Under the pieces are notes generated by a model. That model was not told the origin of the DNA and did not search any database. It saw nothing but the letters and a program-made list of their open reading frames with translations. Shown here one piece after another: positions 49,200-55,666 of a stretch of DNA of 55,666 bases; the stretch's first letter is position 1; every line of letters starts with the position of its first letter. The position numbers and the translations under genes are program-made. The DNA comes from Gemmatimonadota bacterium. GTDB lineage: Bacteria > Gemmatimonadota > Gemmatimonadetes > Palauibacterales > KS3-K002. The DNA lies in the NCBI GenBank assembly GCA_039589375.1, contig JBDHHL010000002.1, forward strand, positions 1 to 55,666, read 5' to 3'.

Positions 49200-49287
49200 G
49201 TAGCTTGGCGCCGCTTCCTTGACTGACCGCAGCCGGTTCGAGATATTCGCCGCGGCCCCAGAACGGACATCCACCAGAGCGAACGAA

Positions 49288-49548
49288 ATGAAGTTTCAGC
49301 TGACGACACACCTCACGCCCGAGGAAGTCATTCAAAAGGCCGAAGACTACTACGGCGAGCACACCGGCCTCGAGGTGCAGGAACGCGGAGACAACCGGCT
49401 GAAGTACTCGGGGACTATCGGCATCGCCGAGGTTTCAGCCTACTGCGACCACGGCCATACCACGGTACAGGTGGAGACTGACCGCGGAGTCGGATTCGAT
49501 GTCACGGATCGGGCGCTGCGGTTCCTGTATTCGATCCCGCACGTTTAG
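49288..49548 (+). CDS. Small hypothetical protein (86 aa)
   Basis: An internal ATG (MKFQLTTHL...) of the 49219 TTG ORF. No family recognised. Weak RBS. Confidence 0.4.
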   Translation: MKFQLTTHLTPEEVIQKAEDYYGEHTGLEVQERGDNRLKYSGTIGIAEVSAYCDHGHTTVQVETDRGVGFDVTDRALRFLYSIPHV

Positions 49549-49654
49549 GTGCGGACGTGGACGCGGGCGCTGGCGAGACGATGACGATGGCGATGGTGAG
49601 ATTTCGATCGTCTTTGACCTAGGCATCGGCTTATTCGACACCGAGGACTACGAG

Positions 49655-49936
49655 ATGACTGAAGGCAAACTAAGGATTCGGGTAACCCTACCCGACCTCT
49701 GGCGCGAGCAGAAGATGGAGTTCGCGTCCGATACTTCCGTGGCGACGATCAAGGAACAGGCGCTGCCTGCACTCCTGCGTCGGAGCGAAGTGGACCCCGC
49801 CAGCTACTACGTCGAGTACTTCGAGAAGGAGATCGAAGACGAATCGCGCACCCTGTCCGACCTCGAGGTCTCGGCCGGTGACGTGATCTCGCTAAGGCCC
49901 TACGATATGGACCATCCGGCGCCGTTCAACGGGTAG
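49655..49936 (+). CDS. Small hypothetical protein (93 aa), beta-grasp-like pattern
   Basis: ATG 49655 with GAGGA 7 nt upstream. MTEGKLRIRVTLPD...TLSDLEVSAGDVISLRPYD. Confidence 0.45.
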   Translation: MTEGKLRIRVTLPDLWREQKMEFASDTSVATIKEQALPALLRRSEVDPASYYVEYFEKEIEDESRTLSDLEVSAGDVISLRPYDMDHPAPFNG

Positions 49937-49963
49937 GCAAGCGGCCCCAGCCGCGGGACGTGG

Positions 49964-50689
49964 CTAGCGGCGCCTACGCCCCTGTATGCTTGACGCGAGG
50001 GAATGTGGGAGCGCTTTCATCACCCATGCCATCAGACGCCACCGTTTTGTGACATAGACGTGCCGCTTCCGCTTGCGGATTGCCCCGAGGATCTGCAGCG
50101 CAGCCTTCTCAACCGGAGCCACCCAAAACGTGTCCAGCCGGCCCTCGGTCATCGGCGTGTCGACAAACCCGGGTTTCACATCTGTCACCCGCACGTCGAC
50201 CCCGAGCCGGTCAGCCTGGAACTGCAAAGCCTCTAGATAAGTGGAATCGAAAGCCTTCGAACTGCTGTAGGCCGTAGTGATGCCGCGCAGGGCAGAGATG
50301 GAGGAGATCCCGACGATGTGCCCCGAACCGCGCTCAACAAAGTACTCCATCGCCGTTCGAGCCATCGCGGCGAAGCCGACAACGTTGACCGAGATGATCT
50401 CCAACTCTTCCTCCCAGCTCGGTTTCGATGAGCCGACACCCGAGTTGATGACAATGAGTTCGACATCGCCCATCTCATCGATGAGTTCCGTCAGAGACTG
50501 CCGGGCTTCCTCTGGCCGTGTCAGATCCATCTGCTTGACATAGGCGCGCGTGGGAAGTTGACCCTGAAGTTCCTCCATCGCCTCCAGCTTTCTACCGGTC
50601 AGGCCGACCTCGTACCCGTTCTCCGCCAGGACTTTCGACAGAGCACGGCCGATTCCGGTACTGCTCCCGATGACGATCGCTTTCCTCAT
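49964..50689 (-). CDS. Short-chain dehydrogenase/reductase (SDR)
   Basis: ATG 50687-50689 preceded by GGAGG. MRKAIVIGSSTGIGRA (TGxxxGxG), NSGV, YSSSK catalytic Tyr-Lys. Confidence 0.88.
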   Translation of the reverse strand: MRKAIVIGSSTGIGRALSKVLAENGYEVGLTGRKLEAMEELQGQLPTRAYVKQMDLTRPEEARQSLTELIDEMGDVELIVINSGVGSSKPSWEEELEIISVNVVGFAAMARTAMEYFVERGSGHIVGISSISALRGITTAYSSSKAFDSTYLEALQFQADRLGVDVRVTDVKPGFVDTPMTEGRLDTFWVAPVEKAALQILGAIRKRKRHVYVTKRWRLMAWVMKALPHSLASSIQGRRRR

Positions 50690-50839
50690 GTTCTCGACCT
50701 CCAATGGCACGCGCCTCGCGTCTCCCAAAATCCCAGCTTGCCGCCTGAAAGCGGCGGCGATCATAGACCAGCAACGCCAGGAGCGTCAAGCTTTGACGGG
50801 TCTCTTCGGAAATGGGCCTCTCATGCTAGATTGGTGTCT

Positions 50840-52285
50840 ATGAACCGATTCGAAGACCTGAAGCTCCCGGACGGGCTAGTCGAACATCTGCACGGCCTCG
50901 GCTATCGCCATCCCTCGGCGCTGCAAGTAGAAACGGTGGCCGTGGTCGCGCGGGGGACCACTGTGATGGGGATCGCTTCCGCCGGAAGCGGCAAGACCCT
51001 CGCATACGGCCTGGGCCTCGCCGCTCGTCTGGATGCGGCGGCGCCCGGCCCGCAGGCGTTGGTGCTGCGGCCGACCGATGATGGGGCCGAGAACACGGCG
51101 GACTCGCTCCACAGCCTGATGCAGGGCAACGGCCTTGACGTGAAGGTCGTGCGTCCCCGGTCGGCTACGACCGCGCACGTGGCCGTCGGCAGCCCGAGCG
51201 CAGCGCTGGCCGCCATCGAGCACTCCGCCATCAAACTCGACGCACTGAACGTCCTCGTCGTCGACGGCGTTTCCGCGATGGTCGAACTCGATGCTTCCGA
51301 AGCCCTGGAGACGCTGACGGCCCAGATGCCCAAGGAGGCCCAACGCGTCATCTTGACTTCCGAGCTCAACGGGTCGGTAGAGGACTACATCGACCGTCAC
51401 GCGCGACGTGCCCGTCGGCTGGCCTATCTGCCGGCAGAGGTCGAGCCGCTGGGCCACGTCACCCTGGAATACTACTCGGCTCCGCGGACGGCGTGGGTAC
51501 CTGCCCTCTCCAGCTTTCTGGAAGCGCAGGGTGCAAAAGCCGGCGAAGCCTGGACGATCCGCTGCCATCACGAGCGAGATGCGGAAGAGCTCGCCAATCG
51601 CCTCGCCGTACGGGGCTTCGATACGCGTGCAAACCGCTCGCATGTGCGTGTCAAGATCGAAACGGGAGACGAAAACAGGATTGAGCCCGGCGCGCGGTCC
51701 CTCTCGTGGGGCGCACCACTGGACCTACAGAGCTTCCAGAGTCGGGTGACGAACGCGGCGCGAGCCATCGCCTTCATCGAGCCACGGGAGGCGGCTCACC
51801 TGCAACGTCTGGCCAGCACACTCGCCGTAAGGCTGGCAGCGCTCAAGGTCACGCACCCGGGAGAAGCGCATCGCTCTGCGCAGCAGACTCGAGACGAACT
51901 CCGCGAGGCCACGACGAATCGCGATCTCGAACCTTACGTCTTACTAATTGAACCTTTGCTGGATGAGTTTACCCCGACTCAACTGGCTGCCGCAGCCACG
52001 GCATTGTACCGCGAGAGGGTCCCGGAGACACCCGCTCAACCGCTCCCCGCCTGGACACGCCTTTACTTCGCCGTTGGGCGGCGCGACGGAGTGCGCCCCG
52101 CCGACCTTGTCGGCGCGATCACCGGCGAATCCTCCGTGTCAGGCGAAGGGATAGGTCGCATAGAGATTAGGGACAACTATTCTTCTGTGGAAGTCGCCGC
52201 ATCAGTCGCCGATCGGGTGATAAAGAGTCTGGCGACAGCGACAATCCGAGGGAGACCCGCACACGTGCGGGTATTCAGGGAGTAG
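50840..52285 (+). CDS. DEAD-box helicase homolog with degenerate catalytic motifs and an intact DbpA-type C-terminal RNA-binding domain
   Basis: FEDLKLPDGLVEHLHGLGYRHPSALQ, ASAGSGKT (motif I kept). VVDGVS replaces DEAD and TSE replaces SAT. The HRIGRTGR region reads QSRVTNAARA. C-terminus LYFAVGRRDGVRPADLVGAITGE...IGRIEI...VEV is DbpA-like. Confidence 0.85.
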   Translation: MNRFEDLKLPDGLVEHLHGLGYRHPSALQVETVAVVARGTTVMGIASAGSGKTLAYGLGLAARLDAAAPGPQALVLRPTDDGAENTADSLHSLMQGNGLDVKVVRPRSATTAHVAVGSPSAALAAIEHSAIKLDALNVLVVDGVSAMVELDASEALETLTAQMPKEAQRVILTSELNGSVEDYIDRHARRARRLAYLPAEVEPLGHVTLEYYSAPRTAWVPALSSFLEAQGAKAGEAWTIRCHHERDAEELANRLAVRGFDTRANRSHVRVKIETGDENRIEPGARSLSWGAPLDLQSFQSRVTNAARAIAFIEPREAAHLQRLASTLAVRLAALKVTHPGEAHRSAQQTRDELREATTNRDLEPYVLLIEPLLDEFTPTQLAAAATALYRERVPETPAQPLPAWTRLYFAVGRRDGVRPADLVGAITGESSVSGEGIGRIEIRDNYSSVEVAASVADRVIKSLATATIRGRPAHVRVFRE

Positions 52286-52304
52286 TCGAGATATAGCCGG
52301 GATC

Positions 52305-52340
52305 AGGGGGGCGGCCCAAGAACGGGCCTACTTCCCCCCT
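52305..52340. terminator. GC-rich hairpin between the convergent helicase-like and HU genes
   Basis: AGGGGGGCGGCCC-aagaac-GGGCC-tactt-CCCCCCT. No T-run. Confidence 0.35.
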
Positions 52341-52359
52341 CCCGCACCTGACCTCGTCC

Positions 52360-52644
52360 CTACTTCAGGCCGTCCTTCAGGCCTTTCCCGGGACGAAACG
52401 CCGGCGACACCGATGCCGGAATCTCGATCGCCTCACCAGTACGAGGATTCCGACCCATGCGCGCACCGCGTCGCCGAGTTTCGAACGTGCCGAACCCGGT
52501 GATCTGGACCTTAGCGCCTCCCTTGAGGGTGTCGGCGATGATGCCCTTGTCGACATCGAAGAGGGCGTCCACCGCGCGGCCAGAGTCGGCTTTGCTAAGG
52601 CTGGTGGCTGCAGCGAGTTTGTCGATGAGTTCGGTTTTGTTCAC
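52360..52644 (-). CDS. hup: HU family DNA-binding protein
   Basis: (M)NKTELIDKLA...GFGTFETRRRGARMGRNPRTGEAIEIPA...PAFRPGKGLKD. The second GTG (52644) was chosen: AAAGGAG lies 6 nt upstream and it gives the canonical MNKTEL N-terminus. Confidence 0.92.
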   Translation of the reverse strand: MNKTELIDKLAAATSLSKADSGRAVDALFDVDKGIIADTLKGGAKVQITGFGTFETRRRGARMGRNPRTGEAIEIPASVSPAFRPGKGLKDGLK

Positions 52645-52701
52645 CACAAGCTCCTTTCGGGAAGTTTGTGATCAGAATTGGAAAAGGGCGAAGCCGGCTC
52701 T

Positions 52702-52731
52702 ACTGTAAGGCTAAAACCCAAGGATCGTCAA
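52702..52731 (-). promoter_or_regulatory. Candidate promoter for the HU gene (TTGACG-N18-TACAGT)
   Basis: Minus strand: cccTTGACGatccttgggttttagcctTACAGTagagcc, about 60 nt upstream of the HU start. Confidence 0.35.
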
Positions 52732-52961
52732 GGGAAAAGCTAGGTATCAAGCCAACTTTCGCCCTATTGGGCCTTCAGCAGGCATGATCTGGGAGATCAA
52801 CGCCTCAAGGCACTTATTGCGCAAGTTATTCTATCACAGCGGTTTGCGGCGATGGCGTGCCCGGGAGGACGCACAAAAGGTACCAAGTATTACAATTGTG
52901 CGGGGCCGCGTCCTGAACCCCCGAGATTCGGACATTTCCGGCGTTCAGCGGCTTTTCAACC

Positions 52962-54104
52962 CTACTGCACCGTGAAGTTCCCCGCAGCGTCTGGCGCCGC
53001 GCTGGTAGCGCCATCAGTGTCCGACAGAACCACCGATGTCAGAATCACGGTGTGCGTTCCAGACGGTGCTGTTGGCTGAACAGTGACCGAGATGTTCAGA
53101 ATCCGCCCCTGACCCGGCTCGATAACGTCGCCATCCACGTCGAAGAGTACTACCCGAACTCGGCCTGGTGCGACCTCGTTGAAATCGGTGGCCCCAAAGG
53201 ATGCCGCCCTGTCCGCGGCCCTGATGTCGTCCAAGCTGGCAATGACGGACGTGTTGAACGTGAGGTCGAACTGGACGCCTGCCACGCTGTCCCAGTTGGC
53301 CAGGCCGATGGCCAGCGAGTTGCCCGACGACCCCGCGGCCCCAGATGCGTCGACCGCGATCAGCCGATCAGGATCCGCGCTCACCTCGAATGTGACGTAC
53401 CTTGGGGGTGACAGATTGCCGGCGTTGTCTTTGATTTCGGCCCGCAGCTGATTCACACCGGGCGTGAACGCGGTGCTGTCGGGAACCAGCAGGGTGGCGC
53501 CGGAGTCGTCGATCAGGTCGAAGAGCGGCGCCAGGTTGGCGCCAGCCGGGTAGAGCGTAGAGAACGTACCGCTCTGCGTGAAGACGCCGCCGACGGGTTG
53601 ACCGCTTTCGATCTGATAGCTCGTCGGGTCCGGCCCGCTTGCGTACTCCACGTTAGTCTGGTCCGCGTACTCGACCGCGAGCGCGAACCCCGACTGTCCC
53701 GCCGTGGTCTCGTCCTGATCCGGTGAATTGAAGCGAACGAGGGGGACACGGCCGTCGTGCGCCACCGTCAGCGTGTCGGCGGCTTCGTTCCCGGCCGAGT
53801 CCACGGCCAGCACGGTGATCGTATTGACGTCGTCCGGCCAGACGCGGACGGTCGAGGAGAAAGCTCCGGAACTGCCTGCCAGATCTGTGAGCGTATCACG
53901 AGGGCTGGCCACGGTCACGGTGGCTCCCGGCTCGGTGGTACCAGATACAGTCGGGTTCCGATTGTTCGTCGGGCTCTCGATGGGATCGACGACGAGGTCG
54001 ATGGTCGTATCGCCAGGCCCGGAAGAATCAGAGCAACCCGCCACGAGCAAGGCACCCAGAACGACTACCGGCCACGCCGGGAGCACCAACCTACGCACGG
54101 TCAT
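52962..54104 (-). CDS. Lipoprotein with Ig-like domains and a C-terminal cohesin-like domain
   Basis: ATG 54102-54104 preceded by GGAAGGGAG. Lipobox VVLGALLVAGC. C-terminus ...SLAIGLANWDSVAGVQFDLTFNTSVIASL...GRVRVVLFDVDGDVIEPGQGRILNISVTVQPTAPSGTHTVILTSVVLSD matches the cohesin pattern. Confidence 0.7.
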   Translation of the reverse strand: MTVRRLVLPAWPVVVLGALLVAGCSDSSGPGDTTIDLVVDPIESPTNNRNPTVSGTTEPGATVTVASPRDTLTDLAGSSGAFSSTVRVWPDDVNTITVLAVDSAGNEAADTLTVAHDGRVPLVRFNSPDQDETTAGQSGFALAVEYADQTNVEYASGPDPTSYQIESGQPVGGVFTQSGTFSTLYPAGANLAPLFDLIDDSGATLLVPDSTAFTPGVNQLRAEIKDNAGNLSPPRYVTFEVSADPDRLIAVDASGAAGSSGNSLAIGLANWDSVAGVQFDLTFNTSVIASLDDIRAADRAASFGATDFNEVAPGRVRVVLFDVDGDVIEPGQGRILNISVTVQPTAPSGTHTVILTSVVLSDTDGATSAAPDAAGNFTVQ

Positions 54105-54152
54105 CGAGATCTCCCTTCCATATCTTGCCGATGGCCTCCACATACACGGCAT

Positions 54153-55142
54153 TCACAGGCGTGCGCTCAACGAAAGCTGCGTCTCGTCGCCTAATTGGTT
54201 AACGCCAATCTCCCGGGCGAGGTCGAACTGGAAACCGCCCAGGCGAATTCCGATGCCGAAGGTGGAGCCGGTGTTCGTCTCTAACAGCGTCTCCGCGAGC
54301 CAGCCCGCACGTACAAACAGCATCTCACGGATCCCGAGTTCCGCGCCCACGTACTGACTACCGGTTTCCAAATGACGGAGCGCGTGTTCAAGGTCGAAAG
54401 CGACCCGCAGTCGCAGATGACCCTCGGGCCGCAGATGGCCCAAGATATCGTAGCCCATGCCCGCACGGACCCGGCTCGGCAGCGGTTCCTTCTGCGACCC
54501 GGGCAAGTCGCTCAACTGCAGCCCGGGCCCGATGTTCACGGCGCCCAGCCCCAGGTCCAGCGGCACGCTCCGAAGCGGCATCCAGATCAGGCCCGCGTCC
54601 ACCGCGAAGGTGCTCCCTTTCAAGTCCCCGGCCAACTCGCTGCGTATCCACTTCGCCGCGACGCCCACGGAAAGCCGCTCGAAGACCGAACGACCGAACG
54701 CGACGCTCGCTATCAGGTTGTTGGGAGTGATGGTCCCGGCGATGTCGTCCGGCGATGACGGGCCGGCCAGCGGGATGTCTCCAAAGCTCTGGACCTCTGC
54801 CGATAGCGCGACTACGCCGACCCCCGACACCGGTACAGCCACCGCGAACTGGGTAACCCGAAACTCGAGGGGCCCGTCGTAGCTCGATACCAGCGGGAAG
54901 ACGTCTCCCACCGAGGCAATGGCCGCAGGGTTCCACTTCAGCCCCTGTAGGTCGCCGGCGAGCGCTACGCCGGCCCTCCCCATCCCCACGCTTCGTGCGC
55001 CGGTCGGCACCAGCAGGAAGGCGACTTCGCGGTCGAAGTCCTGGGCGCAAGCGGGACGCACAGACATGGCAAGCGCGCCGACCGCGAGTAACATTGCGAC
55101 CCGCAGGCGCAGATTCGACGGCAGCAGTGCGCTCCCAACCAC
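54153..55142 (-). CDS. PorV/PorQ-family outer-membrane beta-barrel protein (T9SS-associated family)
   Basis: Signal ...LAVGALAMSVRPACAQ. N-terminal family motif FLLVPTGARSVGMGRAGVALAGDLQGLKWNPAAIA. Alternating barrel strands to a C-terminal ...LSLSARL. GTG start. Confidence 0.7.
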   Translation of the reverse strand: MVGSALLPSNLRLRVAMLLAVGALAMSVRPACAQDFDREVAFLLVPTGARSVGMGRAGVALAGDLQGLKWNPAAIASVGDVFPLVSSYDGPLEFRVTQFAVAVPVSGVGVVALSAEVQSFGDIPLAGPSSPDDIAGTITPNNLIASVAFGRSVFERLSVGVAAKWIRSELAGDLKGSTFAVDAGLIWMPLRSVPLDLGLGAVNIGPGLQLSDLPGSQKEPLPSRVRAGMGYDILGHLRPEGHLRLRVAFDLEHALRHLETGSQYVGAELGIREMLFVRAGWLAETLLETNTGSTFGIGIRLGGFQFDLAREIGVNQLGDETQLSLSARL

Positions 55143-55158
55143 AGCCAGTCCCCCGACC

Positions 55159-55666
55159 CTAACGACCCGGCACGATCAGCTTCCGCGTCGCGGAGAATGT
55201 GCCGGCGCGAAGGCGCAGCACGTACAGGCCGGCTCCCACAAACTCTCCGCGATCGTTCCTACCGTCCCAAACAACCATATGTTGGCCAGGGGTCAGGTCG
55301 GTGTTCAGCAGCTGACGGATACGCTGGCCCCGCACGTTGTACACATCAGCTACGACCCGTACGGCTGTTACACGACGCTGTTCACCTTCACCGGCCAGCG
55401 CCGGCCTCACCATATCCGGTATCTCGAGATCGAGCTTCGTTCCTTGGCCGACGGCGACCGGATTCGGGTACGGATTGCTCAGCCGGAAATCCAGCGGCAG
55501 GGTCGTCAACTGTGCGTTCACGATGTCCGCGTAGTGGACCGCACCCCTTCCGTCGGCGACGAGCATCTCCACCAGCTCCAGAACGGACTCATCGGCCACG
55601 CCACTCCCCGTGACGGCGCTCACCGGTATTCTCACCAACGGACCCGCGCCGCCGGGCAGCGTTCTC
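55159..55666 (-). CDS. Partial (5' end off-window) secreted protein ending in a T9SS-type C-terminal sorting domain (FlgD-Ig/Por_Secre_tail-like)
   Basis: The frame stays open to the window edge. C-terminus LSNPYPNPVAVGQGTKLDLEIP...VVADVYNVRGQRIRQLLNTDLTPGQHMVVWDGRNDRGEFVGAGLYVLRLRAGTFSATRKLIV. Confidence 0.75.
   Translation of the reverse strand, partial: RTLPGGAGPLVRIPVSAVTGSGVADESVLELVEMLVADGRGAVHYADIVNAQLTTLPLDFRLSNPYPNPVAVGQGTKLDLEIPDMVRPALAGEGEQRRVTAVRVVADVYNVRGQRIRQLLNTDLTPGQHMVVWDGRNDRGEFVGAGLYVLRLRAGTFSATRKLIVPGR

Noticed and set aside
49575-49600. The GAYGAT-like micro-repeat (gacgatgacgatggcgatggtgag) as a tandem repeat or CRISPR-like element.
   Set aside because: It is only about 24 nt of imperfect hexamer repetition with no spacer-repeat periodicity. 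It is better explained as the loop region of a hairpin between two small genes.
52760-52961. An AT-richer 200-nt spacer between the HU promoter and the cohesin gene end, with track ORF 52784..52975 and nested inverted repeats (CTGAAC 52913-52918 / GTTCAG 52943-52948), as a possible sRNA or small gene.
   Set aside because: The ORF has poor coding character and no RBS. The structure lacks a T-run and matches no family I recognise. It is probably a Rho-dependent termination and promoter spacer, and only RNA-seq could say more.

Overview
GC-rich bacterial chromosomal segment, about 50 protein-coding genes, mostly tightly packed operons. Seven junctions overlap as ATGA, GTGA or TGATG (7522-7525, 14283-14286, 19274-19277, 22814-22817, 24395-24399, 32579-32582, 44015-18, 46102-05). 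I saw no rRNA, tRNA, CRISPR array, transposase, integrase or prophage genes. A GWxTD protein, a T9SS-type C-terminal sorting domain and PorX-like and PorV-like genes suggest an FCB-superphylum or Gemmatimonadota-like organism; this is inference, not computed.

Main blocks:
- A truncated peptidase/TolB/Omp85-like outer-membrane protein.
- A recF / DUF721 (DciA-like) / gyrB operon.
- An SPFH and cytochrome c region.
- A CNNM transporter with a translationally coupled stand-alone HisKA mini-protein.
- A roughly 10 kb minus-strand envelope operon (28519 -> 18501): TPR-GWxTD, LVIVD-like propeller, TonB-like, PorX-like response regulator-PglZ, MsbA, LpxL-family acyltransferase, GT2, DUF3108.
- kbl and rpe.
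- A sulfur-carrier cysteine operon: cysM-like, JAMM, and a ThiS/MoaD-like domain fused to an E1-rhodanese enzyme.
- Assorted hydrolases and peptidases.
- A frameshifted serA-like gene next to a class V aminotransferase.
- An O-methyltransferase / PHP phosphatase / degenerate HisF-like operon.
- A catalytically degenerate DEAD-box homolog that keeps its DbpA RNA-binding domain.
- HU.
- A terminal T9SS-like cluster: CTD cargo, PorV-like barrel, cohesin-domain lipoprotein.

The most interesting de novo observation is a Cys-codon-rich 33-codon leader ORF. With mutually exclusive GC helices and a terminator hairpin placed directly before the cysteine operon, it looks like a candidate cysteine-sensing transcription attenuator.

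The ORF track labels GTG and TTG starts as M. Several starts were re-picked from RBS, overlap and homology logic and remain uncertain.
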